Below the pieces are notes generated by a model. That model searched no databases. It had not been told where the DNA came from and saw nothing but the letters and a program-made list of their open reading frames with translations. Shown here in pieces: positions 1 to 13,760 of a stretch of DNA of 64,000 nucleotides. Source of the stretch: Eledone cirrhosa (taxonomy: Eukaryota); contig OZ024741.1 in assembly GCA_964016885.1 (NCBI GenBank), forward strand, positions 64,790,001 through 64,854,000, read 5' to 3'. Both the position numbers and the translations under genes were made by a program. The number at the start of each line of letters is the position of its first letter. Position 1 is the first letter of the stretch.

Positions 1-790
1 ATTAACAAGTTCAAATACAGTTCATTTCATTAGAAATACAGTAAAGAGTTAAATGCTATATCATAAATGTTATTGTTTCTCTTATTCATTAATGAGTCTA
101 GTCTTTATAAAATAAATGAATGTCATGTTGGTAAACAGTTTGTATAAAAAAAAAAAAGGATAAAAAAAAGGATAAAATTTATTTTAAAATAAAAATAAAT
201 TCATAATTCATCAATGTTTGCATAAAAAAAAAGAAAAAGATTAAATAGCAAAAGAGAAAGGGCAGAGGTGGGGAAGCTGCAGACACTAGATTGGTCATAT
301 GTGTGTGTGAGAGAATTTGTGTACACACACACATGGCAATATATATATATTAAATTATTTCTAAATAAACCATTGGAGTGTTGAGGAAATGTAGAAAATC
401 TCGAATGCAGAAAATTACTGTGGACACAGTCCATTGCTATAAATAATAGCTTAGAAAATAGATGAAAAATGTGGCCAGCAGATGCTTCAAAGAATTGAAC
501 TCTGTCCTCTCAAATTCCAGCTGAGCATTCTGTACCACTGAGCTAAATGACTTCTGATATAAAATAATGGTTTCTTATATAGGCACAAGGCCAGCAATTT
601 TGGGGGTAGGGGAAAGTTGATTAAACCAACCCCAGTGCGTGACTGGGTACTTTATTTTATCGACCCCTTAAGGATGAAAGGCAAAGTTAACCTCGGCAGG
701 ATTTGAACTCAGATCATAAAGGGCCGTAATTCTATGCCGCAAAGCATGGCATTTGATGCTCTACTGATTCTGCCAATCCACTGCCCAGAT

Positions 791-842
791 ATATAATAAT
801 TGTGTACAGTGCTCAGGTGCATTACAACTCATCAAAAGTGCA
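791..842 (-). mobile_element. Short 3'-terminal fragment of the same CR1-like LINE
   Basis: ttgtgtacagtgctcaggtgcattacaactcatcaaaagtgc matches ttgtgtaaagtgctcaggtgcactacaactcgtcaaaggtgc at about 1293-1334. Confidence 0.7.
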
Positions 843-865
843 CGAGTTTATACACACACACACGC

Positions 866-913
<48 letters not shown>

Positions 914-1267
914 GTGTGTGTGTGTGTGTGCGTGCGTGTGGAGGGGGAATATCAAGTGTGGTGTTGGCGAATTTTAGGAAGCATGGAAGGTTTGATGATA
1001 ATTAGTCTAAATATCACCTTTAAAAGTAATGGCATTTGTAAACAAACAATTGGAGTGTTGAGTCAGTTGAAATTTTAGGAAACAGAACATTTTTAACACA
1101 GGAAATAACTGGACACTTTTTCCATCTACATATAGGGGTATTTTGCATATGGCTATGATGTTAAGGAGTACACTTCTAAATGACAGTTATAGGTCTGATT
1201 CCACTGTGTAGCACCTTAGGCAAGTGTTTTCTACAATATAACTTTGTGAAGGAATTTGGTAAATGGA

Positions 1268-3630
1268 ATAAATAATAATAATAATGAAATTATTGTGTAA
1301 AGTGCTCAGGTGCACTACAACTCGTCAAAGGTGCATGTATAGTACATAGAATAATACACAAATGTCAGGGAAGTACATGTGTGTATGTGTTAGCTGATCT
1401 CGGGAAGCATAGAGGCCTTAAAGGATGCAGTGTCTCGACAGCTAACAACTGATGCAGGTAGTTTGTTCCATGCTTCAGCAACTCTGAGCGTGAAAAAATC
1501 TTTCCGAAAGTCATGGGAACTATGCTGTTTTCTGACTTTGTGGGCATGTCCACGTGTGTTAGACACATGAAAATCAAAAAGGTACTCAGGGTTGTTGTTG
1601 GCAACATGGTTAACAATTTTGTGGGTGTTTACCAAGTCAGTTGCCAGGCGTTGGAGCTTCAATGAATCCATGCCCAGGGAAGCTAGGCGCTCAGAGTATG
1701 GTAGATGCCTGATGGAGGGTATTCGCTTGGTTGCACATCTCTGAACAGTTTCCAGGCGGTCAATGTTCTGAGCAAGATAGGGGTTCCAGACTCGTGATGC
1801 AAATTCTAAGTGTGGTCGCACCATAGCTGTGTACAGCCTTAAATAGATATCTGGAGAGCGGCTGACAAAGGTCTTGCTGAGTGATGCTAAGACACCCTCG
1901 GCCCTCTTGACAATTTTAGAGACGTGCCTCGTCCAACGCAAATCGCTGCTGACCGTAATGCTCAGGTCACGTTCACAGGAAGACTTCTTGATATTAGTGC
2001 TGTGGAGGGAGTATGTGGACGCTGGGTTTTTACTCCCAAAATGCATGGTGGTGCACTTGTCCACAGCTAGCTTGAGTTGCCAGTCTGAGATCCATTGTTG
2101 CATTGTGTCCAGGTCAGACTGTAAGCAAGATCTATAGTGTTCAGGATCTGTCCTTTTTATCTCAAGGAACAGCTTGATGTCTGCGTACTTTAGTACTGTG
2201 GCATTCCTTAAGTTGGCATCTATGTCATTAATATATGTCACAAACAAAAGGGGGCCAAGAACAGATCCCTGTGGTACACCAGATGACATCTCATATGGTG
2301 AGGAATGCTGTCCCAGAACCGTGACTACCTCTCTTCGACTGAGAATGAAGGACTTCAACCAGTTAAAAAGATCATCCTTCACACCCATTGCAGAGAGTTT
2401 TGCCATAAGCCTTTTGTGTGGCACAGAATTGAAGGCCTTCGCAAAGTCAAAGTAAACAACATCCACCCATGAGCCGCCATCAGTGATCCGGGTGATGTCC
2501 TCAAGAAACTCTATAAGTTGATCACAGCAGCTGGAGTTGGGGATAAATCCAAATTGTGAGGGCCGGATAAGACTGTGAGAGCTCCAGAAGTTCCAAAGTG
2601 TTTGTCTGACACAGGATTCCATCATTTTTGCGATGCAACTAGTAAGACTGACCGGACGATAGTTCACAGGTGATGTGCGGTCACCCTTTTTGAACAGAGG
2701 AATGACACTGGCAGTTTTCCACTGTTCTGGAGTAGCACTGTTGTTCAGACAGAATTGGAAGAAGCGTGATAACTGGTGTAGAAGGAAGTACCCACCACGT
2801 TTAAGAAGCAGGTACGTAACACCATCAAGACCAGGAGAGGCATGGTTGCGTTTATTTTTTAGGTGACGTCGCAGCATTGCAGGTGTAAATTTCATGGTTG
2901 TAATAGAGTCCGGTGTCATAGGTTGTGGAGATGGTACACTCTGGTCTTCAATAGTGAAAATGCCTGCATAGCATTCAGCAATGAGCTCTGCGCATTCCTT
3001 GGGGTCGTCAGTAACTTAGCTTGTGTGGGGATTGCGAAGAGGACCAACTGGAGAGTGAGGCCTCTGCTTTGAGTGAACATACTTCCAGAACACCTTACTG
3101 TCAGGGCTGGTTGCTATGCGCTGCTCAAATTGAAGCACTGCCTTTTTTGTCACCTGTTTGAGGTGGTTGGACGATCTATTTCGCCTCTTCCTATTAATGT
3201 TTGATTTGTGAAGTTTGTACTCACGTTCAGCATTACGACATTCTTTTCTGGCAAGACGGACTGCTGCAGTCTCCTAAATTGCGCTTTTGGGATGTTTTTT
3301 CCGCTTACGTGGCACCGATGCTGCACATGCTGTCCATATTGAGCTCAGGATGTTCTGGAGTACAGTGTTGACATCTCCAGAGTCGTAGAACTCAAGCCAG
3401 TTTGGCCGTTGCAACTTGGTGCAGTAACAGTTCCAGTCTGCTTTATTCCAGTCAAAGTGAGCAGTTTGGAGATGGTTGTGGTTCTTGTTACTGCCCATGA
3501 GGGATAGATTGGCAATAATCATAGCATGATCAGAGTCACCTAAAGGTTCCTCAGCAGTAACACTAATGACCGTTTCAGGAGTAGTCGTGAAGAGTAGGTC
3601 CAAAGTCTTGTCACCTCTCGTTGGAATGTC
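1268..3630 (-). mobile_element. 5'-truncated CR1-group LINE (end of AP endonuclease, RT, 3' UTR with (ATT)n tail)
   Basis: ORF 2919-1390 has NYRPVSLTS, QFGF, YFDFAKAF, SGVPQGSVLGPLLF, YAD-IK and VRPHLEFA..W. The upstream fragment LDLLFT...GDSDHAMI is the APE C-terminus. (ATT)n tail at about 1268-1285. Confidence 0.92.
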
Positions 3631-4179
3631 TGAGGCTAATTATGTGTGTTTGTATATATGTAGGGGGAAGGTGACAAGTATCTGTGTCTCTTTCCTCACA
3701 CATCTTCAGATTTGACAAGTTTAAGCAAATAGTAACATTTGTTTATATCTTACAGCTTAGTGGTTCCAGTGTTTAGCAGAGCAGAATATACTATACCTAA
3801 ATATAAGTATAGGTTGCTGTCAGGAAGGTTATCCAGCCATAGAATACTGTCTCAAAAAGATCTTGTTTAACCTATGTCACTGTGAAAAACAGATGTAAAA
3901 ATGATGATAAAAATGATGATGATAATGATGATTACAAAATCTAAGAGAAAACCTCCCAGGAGGGTGGTGGCCCTCCTGTTATTCTCAAAATACTCAATAT
4001 TAAAAAATCTAGCCGAGGTTAACTTTGCCTTTCATCCTTACGGGGTCGATAAAATAAAGTACCAGTAATGCACTGGGTAATTGCTGGCCTTGTGCCAAAA
4101 GTAAAAACAAATATTAAAAATGGAAAAAGAGAGCAGAAACAACAAAAAATACCTTTTTAAAAAATGTCAAATTACTTAC

Positions 4180-4222
4180 CACAATCACCTAAATCCATTC
4201 GTTCAAAATCTTCACTGAATCT
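4180..4222 (-). CDS. Internal coding exon, 43 nt (RFSEDFERMDLGDC + 1 nt); gene continues beyond the window start
   Basis: Acceptor ttatttattattgtag and donor TG|gtaagt. Open in phase 0, matching the upstream exon. Confidence 0.65.
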
Positions 4223-4844
4223 CTACAATAATAAATAAATAAAATAAAATAAGTCATTTTATGTTCAAATGTTATTTCTTATTTTATAACAAGCAGTGAT
4301 ACCTGGCATTGTCCAAGTGCCAAATAAGTAGGAAAAGCTTTGTTTTTTTGGGTAAACTTGAATGACTAATAGTAAGGTGTAGTTCTATATTGATTAATAA
4401 ACATAGACTAATAATTCATCATCATCATCACCGTTTTACGTCCGTTCTTCCACACTAGCATAGATTAGATGGTGAATTGTTTCTACTTTTGGCACAAGGC
4501 CAGCAATTATCCAGTGCATTACTGGTACTTTATTTTATCGACCCCGTAAGGATGAAAGGCAAAGTTAACCTCGGCGGGATTTGAACTCAGAATGGCAAGG
4601 GCCGTAACTATGCGTCAAAGCATGGCGTCCGACCCTCTACCGATACTGCCAAAGACTAATAATGTTGTAGTTTTGGTGACATAACAGACTGATAGACACA
4701 CACATACTGGCTTGCAATTATTGGTTATAGTATATGACATATCCAAGGTATTACACACAGGGATTGAATAAGAAACCATGTGGATGTGAACTTCTTAACC
4801 ACACAGTCATACCTGCACAATTACATATATATTATATATGAATG

Positions 4845-6442
4845 TAGAGAATAAATGGGAGGAAGAGAAACTACCCTCCGACTTACTTAACAGAAGGACC
4901 AGCCATTGAAGTTGATAGTTAAAGGGTCAAAGAAGCAATCAAAGAGATCAAAAATGGTAAAGCTGTTGTTGAGATGCTAAAAGCATCGGGAGAAGTAGGA
5001 GTCAAACTAGTAACCTGCATAGTATAGGACGATGTCATACCCAATGACTGACACAGCAGTACAATAATAAAATGTTACAAAGGCAAAGGTGATGCCCTAA
5101 AAAGGAGCAACTATAGAGAAATAAAATGAATAGTTCAAGTTATGAAAGTGATGGAAAGAGTTATAGCATAAATAATTAGAGAAACAGTCAAATTAGATGA
5201 GATGCCGTTTGGTTTCATGCCTAGGAAAAGTACTACAGATGCCTTCTTTTCAGTGAGGAAACTACAAGAGAAGTTCCTAGCCAAAAATATGCTGCTATAC
5301 TTAGCTTTCGTTTATCTAGAAAAGGCCTTTGACAGAGTACCTTGATCTATTATCTGGTGGTCCTTAAGGAAATTAAGTGTAGAAGAATGGCTGGTGAGAG
5401 CAGAGCAAGCCATGTACAGAAGAGCTGTTAGTAAAGTGAGAGTAGGAAGTGAGTTTAGTGAGGAATTCAAGGTACAGGTAGGAGTTCATCTGGTTAGGTT
5501 CTTAGCCCACTACTATTCATTATAGTTGTTCTCCAAGCTGTAACAGAGGAGTTTAAGACCAGCTGCTCATGAGAACTTCTTTATGCAGATGATCTGCTCC
5601 TTATAGCTGAATCCATTAAAGAATTACTAAATAAGTTCTGACTATGGAAACAGAATTTGGAATCAAAAGGTCTAAGAGTAAACTTAGCCAAAACTAAAGT
5701 ATTAGTGAATAGGAAAGAAGATAAGACCCTGATCCCGTCAGGGAAGTGGCTGTGCTCCATACATAGAAAAGGACTAGGCATAAACTCCATACAGTGTATA
5801 CAGTGTAAATCTTGGGTACACAAGAGATGTAGCGGGATAACGGGTAGACTAACAGGAAGGGAACACTTTGTATGTAGAAAATGCACAAGGGTAATGAAGG
5901 GGAAGAGTACTACTGATATCACAGGAAGGGCCCCTAGAAGTGGTTGATAGCTTCTGCTATCAAGATGACTTAATTAACAACAAAGGAGGATGATCTGAGA
6001 GTATAGCAGCTAGAATAAGAATAGGATGAAAAAAGTTTAGAGAGTTACTCCCACTGTTGACAACAAGAGGTTTTTCTATGTACAAAAGGACGACTGTTTG
6101 ATGCCTGTGTACGAAGTGCAGTGCTGCACGGTAGTGAGTGCAGAGGACATGCACAGACTGGAGAGAAATAAAGCAACCATGCTTTGTTGGATGTGCAATG
6201 TAAATGTGAGAGAAAGGCAGAACTTGAGTGAGTTGAGGGAGTGAGTTGAGGGAGAAGCTGAGTTTAAGAGGAATCCAAGGTGGTGTGATGGAGAGAACAC
6301 TGCATTGGTATGGACATGTGATGTGCATGGACAATGATCACTGGGTGAAGAAGTGCCAGGAAATCCCAGTGGAAGAAAGCTGCAGTAGAGGTGGTGCAAG
6401 AAAGACCTGTCTAACCCATGCAAGTATGGAAAAAGGATGATA
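4845..6442 (+). mobile_element. Decayed RTE-clade LINE ORF2 (RT with a PHD-like insertion)
   Basis: Pieces read EMLKASGEVGV, YKGKGDALKRSNYR, FGFMPRKSTTDA, LAFVYLEKAFDRVP, LLYADDL, GLRVNLAKTKV and WYGHV, with many stops and frameshifts. Confidence 0.88.
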
Positions 6443-6937
6443 TGAACCTGTATCTCCTGATGGATTCCTAGAGGAGCCATAGTGAGAAAGAGTGTTTCTT
6501 GGACATTTAAAACCGACAGAGCCCATCCCTCTCCAGGTTGGAACACAACTGATTTTTTCCAGAGGAAGAGAGATTGCGAGGAAGAATTGACCTCAATACT
6601 AAACCGGTACTTATTTTTTAAAAATTGACATTGGTAGAATGAAAGGCAAAGTCCAACTCACTGGTATTTGAACTCAGAGAGATGGAACAAATACCATAAA
6701 GCATTATATTCAACTTTCTAACAACTCTGCCAATTTGCTGCCTATACAATTATTTATGAGTACAATATTATAAAATCAAGAATCAATGAGACATAGCTAA
6801 CAATTTAACATTGAAACCAATGAAATCTGGCGACCATAATGAAATGCTTATCTTATTAAACCAGCCATACATGGAATTAATGTCACTTAACATCGTTTTG
6901 GTCGCAGAGGAAAAAATAAAAACAAAACACACACACA

Positions 6938-7256
<319 letters not shown>

Positions 7257-7514
7257 TGTTGAGATATGCAAGAATGATTACTCAATAATAAAAGTAGTTT
7301 AATAATATTTTTATGGCTAAGTGGTCAGTCTTGTTACCTTGGAGTTTCACCTGTGTACTCACAGGATTGTCAGACAAGACTGATAATCCTGAGTACACAA
7401 GTGAAACTCGAGAAGAATAACTCATCACTTAGCCTTAATAAAGAATATTACATACATATACACACACCCACCACCACCATCATTATCATTGTTTTCCCAC
7501 AAATGTTGGATGGG

Positions 7515-8035
7515 CAGAGCTGGATTTAATGAGGGCAATTGCCCTGGGCTCCTCACAAGTGACAGCCATAACAATTTATTTGTGCCCTCGAGTGGGCTTT
7601 TTAGCTTTATCCCTTTGACAACAGGAACTATATTTTTAACAAAAAGTATTTAATGTCCCCTGTGACAAAAATTAATCAAATTTTCTCAACTTTAGAGACA
7701 TCAGGTTGTTATTAGAACAAAAGTATTTGATGTCACTGTGTAAAGTGATTGTGTTGGTATCACAAAAATAATGCACTCAGTAAACCCTCTAAAGTGGTTA
7801 TGTTTGGAAGGGCATCCAGCCATAAAACCTGCGACAACCTATCCAACACATGCCAGTGTGGAAAGTGGATGTAAAATGAGGATGGTTAGATTTTTTGAAT
7901 TTAATACCTGTATGTATAACATTTCAATTCCAATTACTTGCATCAGCTGACTTTGATATGTAAAATTGGGGGTTTGGTGTGTATTCTAATTTTCTGTGTA
8001 TGTGGGGCCCCCTCCAAAGCCTATATCTGGCCCTG
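7515..8035. mobile_element. hAT-like non-autonomous element with a nested SINE fragment
   Basis: TIRs CAGAGCTGGAT / ATCTGGCCCTG; 8-bp TSD tggatggg / tggatgga. Confidence 0.6.
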
Positions 8036-8259
8036 TGGATGGATCCTTTTCAGTACAGCATCTCTCCACTCACTGCATTTCTTTGTCATCTCCTCTGAGT
8101 CTCAGCGATTTGAGATCAGTACACACCACCTCTGCCCAAGCCTACCTCTACTATATATATATATATAATTTAAATAAAAGTTGCTTTCAAAAATTTCAAG
8201 AATCAATTGGAACAGTTTTTAACATTTTCATTTAAGATGTTAGGTTTGGAGAATGGGGT

Positions 8260-8600
8260 TGCACCTATAAGCAACTAGTTAGATTGATGTTGATGTTCTA
8301 CTTTGACTATTACAAGTCAACACCTGTATGGAAAAAAAGATCAAGGAAGAAGTTCCAGGGAGCCATTGGTTCTGGGCAGAAAGGACTAGGCATAATGTTT
8401 GTGTGGTGCCTGGTGGTGGTGGTAGTGGGGTTATATATAACATTGTTGATGAGAGAAGAAGGGGTGAATAAGTCAGGAAGTGCTTGAGTGGAAGCAGTAA
8501 GAGATAGGCCAGCTTCAGGGGGCAGAGGTTTCCAGAGTGTTCAGAGTGTTAAACAGATAAGAGAGAAACACATCCTTGGATAGAGAGCTAGTCCATAACA
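8260..8600 (-). mobile_element. 3' fragment of a similar jockey/CR1-like LINE
   Basis: Minus strand HYA*SFLPRT..WN....DL**SK*NIN matches the SFFPRT..WN.LP...NL..FK..IN terminus. Confidence 0.45.
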
Positions 8601-8662
8601 AATATCTTTCTCAAAATATTATAGGCTGGTAGTATCAATGGGTATTATATTTTGTCTGTTAA

Positions 8663-8847
8663 GGGCGGTGGATTGGCAGTATCGGTAGAGGGTCGGACGC
8701 CATACTTTCCAGCATAGTTATGTCTCTTTACGATCTGAGTTCAAATCCCGCCGAGGTTAACTTTGCCTTTCATCCTTACGGGGTCGATAAAATAAAGTAC
8801 CAGTAATGTACTGGGTAATTGCTGGCCTTGTGCCTAAAGTAGAAACA
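8663..8847 (+). mobile_element. Young tRNA-derived SINE with a Deu/Nin-like core, full length, 19-bp TSD
   Basis: A-box TGGCAGTATCGG, B-box GAGTTCAAATCC, core GCCTTTCATCCTTACGGGGTCGATAAAATAAAGTACCAG. TSD attatattttgtctgttaa at 8644-8662 and 8848-8866. Confidence 0.9.
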
Positions 8848-9321
8848 ATTATATTTTGTCTGTTAACATTTTTGTTATATTTCTAGGGAGATACACTGCC
8901 TATAAGTTTTAATTAGTTTTCAGAATAAAAATGTTGAGGAATTTAATAAAAAAAACTAGTTTTTTCATTACTTATCAAAAACTGGAACATCACTTAGCAA
9001 AAAGTGTTTTAAATAAAATCATGATAGAAGGTTTTTATATAAGTATGAACATTTAAAAAAACCGAGTCTGGTTTCAGTTGTGTTGGTATCAAAAAGATTA
9101 AATTCTAGTTTAATTTCCATTCATCAGGTACCACGTGGAGACTACATAGGCTTCAGTAATTTCACTGGCACTAACATTTTGCAATCTTTATCAAATGGCT
9201 AACTTCCAACTTAGTGTAAAGGGAAATAACTGGGTCAGAGCTAAATACTGTAAGGTATTTAACCAAACCAATCTGTTTATGGTATGTTAACATACACACA
9301 CAGCTCTGCACATTTGTCATC

Positions 9322-9668
9322 TACCCAATTTCATGCTTTGATTGATGTGCAATGTTAATGTGTGTGAACGACAAAGCATGGATGAACTGAGAAGAAAACT
9401 GGATATAAGAGGAATCAGATGTAGTGTGCAAGAAAGAAGACTGTGCTGGTATGGATGATCGCTGAGTGAAGAATTGGCAAGAAATCCCAGTGGAAGAAAA
9501 CTGTAGCAAAAGACCAAGGAAGATTTGGGTGGAGGTGGTGAGAGCTGATCTCAAATCAATGAAGCTCAAAGGAGATGATGATGGAATATAACAAATGGAG
9601 GGATGCTATGCTGGAAAAGACTCATTCAACCTATGCAAACATGAAAAAGTGGATGTATGATGATGATC
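9322..9668 (+). mobile_element. 3' fragment of the same RTE family
   Basis: Aligns to about 6170-6442 (gatgtgcaatgt, aggaatc, gaaatcccagtggaagaaa) and ends in a (tga)n tail. Confidence 0.7.
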
Positions 9669-10809
9669 ATGTGATGGTCAACCTGAGATGATAAAAAACA
9701 TTTGATAAAGGTTCCACACAGTCGTGAAAAACCTGGGACCACATGGTTGCAAAAAGAAAAGAAAAACAAAAGCACCCAAAACACAAAATGAGATTAACAG
9801 CCAAAGAAAATAAGTAGATAAAGGTGTGTGTGTCATCATCATCATCATCATTGTTTAACGTCCATCTTCCACACTTGCATGGGTTTGGAAGGGGATTTTC
9901 CTACTTGAGGCAAGATTGGTTGTCTTGCTCGTATAGGACTGTCTGGCGGGTTTTCTACGGCTGGATGCCCTTCCTAACACCACGTTTACAGTGTGGACTG
10001 GGAGGTTTTTACCGTCTTACTTACACGGCCACATTACAGCGTGGATTGTGTGTTTTTTTTGTCGTGACACCTACACGACCTCATTTATTTCGGACTGGAT
10101 GTTGTGGTACCAACATAACTTTACATCGAAAGGGGTGGTGTGGATGGGGTGGGGGTAGTGGGACGGGGTGTATTTTTGTTAAGAGGTGCCTACTGACTGT
10201 AGGTTTTATAACAAAATGTACAATCCAGGGACAACAAAATGGTTACAATAATTTTAAACTCAAAACCATAAAGATATAAACTACAGTAGCAGTAAAATTT
10301 CCACTAATCCACTAAATTATTTTTATTACTTTTATAAAATCTACACAAATATACCACGATGTCTAATGCCAGTAGTATAATGAATGTTAAATGTATTTTT
10401 TGGAAAATGCAGTGAGACGGATAAAAGTAAGGAATGAAAAAAATTCCCACTGAATATGTGTAAAATGCTTTTAGTTTCTGTTGTATAAAAGTAATATTCT
10501 AAAAATAATTACTTTTAAATTGTAAAATATATATAAATTACATCTGATGATTATAAAAAAAAAAGAAAAAAAGATATTTTAAAAATCTAAAATATTTTAT
10601 ATATATGCATACATGCGTATATCTATACACACACATATAAACATATGAATATACATACACATACATATATATATGAATATACATACATATATATATACAC
10701 ATACACACACACGTATATATTATAGTTTTTATTTTGAAGCTTATTCTCAGCTTAAATCATTAAAATATGAATGAGTTCTTATTGCATTACCAGTTTAAAT
10801 TTGTACTGT

Positions 10810-10856
<47 letters not shown>

Positions 10857-11355
10857 AGTTTTGTTGCATTTCATAGATAAAAAATTTTAAATAATTCCAT
10901 ATAATTTTCTTTTTAATCTAAATGTTCATCTTTATTATTTTTTCTCTCTATTGGTAAATTAATATCTGAAAGTATTAATTCTGCAGTTAATACTTCTCAG
11001 CACTTTATTACATTTCAAATGAAGTAGTTATCACTGTTCTATCAGACTTCTTAACATCATACCATTCACCAGTAATTGGAGCTTATCATTTCCAGCTCAA
11101 TTTTAAATCGCTTGAAACTTGATAATTACACTTGGATGGAAAAAAAGAAGAAAAAATCTAAAGTGTTTCATTCAATTACAGATTAGGTATCATAAATAGC
11201 AATCTTCTTTTGTTAAATGACCAATAAATCTGTTTAACATTGGATATTGCAAATGATCTGAATTAATTGGTCAAATAATACATTTAAAGAACATAGCAAC
11301 TCAAAACTGACGAAGCACATTTCTTGAAACAAAAATTATGACATGAGGGGTTTAA

Positions 11356-11569
11356 CCCTTTAGCATTTAAACTGGCCATATCCGGCCAGCATTCTTTCAC
11401 CTATTTCTGTTCAAATTGGCTGTAATCAGACACTGATGTTAAGGTATTTCTCTCAAAATAAATAATATCAAAATCTCATAGATTCGATATTATGCGAGAT
11501 AATTATGAGATAAAGTCATTACCGTGAAAATATAATAGTAAATATTAAAGTAATGTAAATGCTAAAGGG
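11356..11569. mobile_element. piggyBac-like MITE
   Basis: TTAA|CCCTTTAGCATTTA ... TAAATGCTAAAGGG|TTAA. Confidence 0.85.
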
Positions 11570-13517
11570 TTAAATCTATATATTTTTAGTGTAGTCTAAC
11601 CAATGCTAGCATGGAAGATGGACGTTAAACGAAGATGATGATGTAATGACATTTAAGTACATAAGGTCCATTGGAAAAATAATTATACAACACATTCAGA
11701 AAAAATGCATCATACTAAATATGAACATTTAACCCTTTTTATACCAAACTGCCTTGGATTTATGATATAAAGCTGCTCATTTTTATATCAAAACCCTCAT
11801 CATAATAGCATAGCAATGTTTTAAATATCAGCTTACTAGTGAAAAAACAAGTTATCTTATTAATATCCTCCAAATGTTTGGTTATTTTCAAAATAAATTG
11901 AAACACATAAGCAGTTTATTTTATTAGAAATATGTTAATGAATGGGTTAAGCAACTTTAGTTAAATAGCTACTCTTCAGAACATAAAAACAATTGTAATG
12001 GGATACAAACTAAAGATTGGGGAATCAAAAGAACTAATCCTTGACTTACTCATTTACTTATTTACAATATTAGAACTAATTTTTACAGGGCTAACAGGAA
12101 CGTTGGCAAAGGCAACCCTAACTTCCTTACAATCAAAATCAATGTCACCGATTTCATATGTATGAACTTGTAACTCCTGATGGAGTCATAGGGGTGCTGT
12201 TGTAACACACAGCATATCTTGGGCACTTTAAATCTGGCAGAGCCCATCTCTTCAGGTTGGAACACAGAAGGAAAGAGAGTGTGAGAGGGAGTAAGTGAGA
12301 AAGAGGAAGAATGGACCTCAGTATTAGCCTGGTACTTTTATCAACCTTGAAAGGATGAAAGACAAAGTTGATCTTAGTGGGATTTGAATTCAGGGAGCGG
12401 GAAGGAATTCCACAAATCATTCTAATCAATGATCTAGAGACTGCTAACTTGCTGCACACTTGATATATAACCAAGTGTTAAATAATGTTTCAGAGAAATT
12501 AACACTATAATTTCCTTTTAAATTTTCAACAAACACAAATTAAAACATTACATCGTTATTTAAAACCACCATTTTTACATATTCAAATAAATATTCTATG
12601 CATCATATACATTTATATCTTAACACTGTTAATCAGGTTTCAAAACTGTGTATTGCGAAATTACCATATATACTCAAATATAAGCGAATATATATTTTGT
12701 CTGAGAAATAAGTGAAAATCCAAGCCTTGTTTATAAGCCAAAGGAAGCTAATCAACACATTATGTGTAGATGGCGTAATTTTGAAATTCTCATAAGTATA
12801 AAATACATTTATGAAGTTTTAATATTTTGATGTTTAAAATTTTTAAATGCTGTTTAGAGTATAGTTTTTATTTCACAATGCCATTATGTAATAAGTTTCC
12901 ATTGTGTTAAGTTTCAACAAGTTTCTCAAATTTTTGGTTGCTTCTGGCAAAAAGCAGAGATTGAATAAGACATTCATAGAATAGGGAGAGAGGGACAGCA
13001 AGTGAGAGACAGCAGAAATAAGGGAGGGAGGGAGGGAGGGAGAACAATAAAATAAAATCAGAAGATTAAAGAAAAAGTATTGTCAGAGAAAAACATGTAT
13101 ATGAGTGTGTGTGTGTGTGTGTGTACACATGTATGTGCATGCGTATGTGTATGTAATATTTATGTAATAAAAAGTTCAAATTATAAATATTTGTTGGAAA
13201 TATTTTCAAGCAAATGCATAACACCAATGACAATATAGTAAATGTAGAAAAACTGTTTGATTGTAAAATAATCACTCCAGAAATTTTAGCACTTTATTTA
13301 CGTAGAGTTTGAAGTTGGTAAAAATTGGCAAAATATTGACCTTGAATATAATCCCCCCTCCCCAGTATATACATTAAGTCAAACCTAATCAATTTTTACG
13401 AATATTTGGTGAATACCAAACATATAATTGGTGACATGTGATATGATATCTAATTATTCATTGATTACTTTGTGTTACTAACAAAACTTAATGTGTAATA
13501 AAATATTCTATTGTTAA

Positions 13518-13760
13518 GGCGTGTGGCTGAATGGTTACAGAATTGGATTCGCAATCATGAGGTTGTGAGTTCGGTTCCCGGACTGGGTGATGCATTATAT
13601 CCTTGAGCAAGACACTTTATTTCATGTTGCTCCTTCTGCCTGGAGTTGTGACCGACAGATAGCATTAGCAATTGGAAAGACCAATGGAAACATTGTTTCC
13701 TCGGTCCGATTTGACGAAAGTCGATCGATATACACATTGTTAAACTCTGTGTTGCCAATG
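13518..13760 (+). mobile_element. tRNA-derived CORE-like SINE (relatives at about 17620-17760, 19500-19880, 35060-35330, 61770-61990)
   Basis: A-box TGGCTGAATGG, B-box GAGTTCGGTTCC, central ccttgagcaagacacttt. Confidence 0.65.

Noticed and set aside
4180-4222. Assigning the gene to a MAP2K, CaMKII or PTP family from short resemblances
   Set aside because: Similarities are only a few residues and no catalytic motif lies in the window.
8663-8760. tRNA-like A and B boxes
   Set aside because: SINE heads in many copies with TSDs; no complete cloverleaf, so not tRNA genes.
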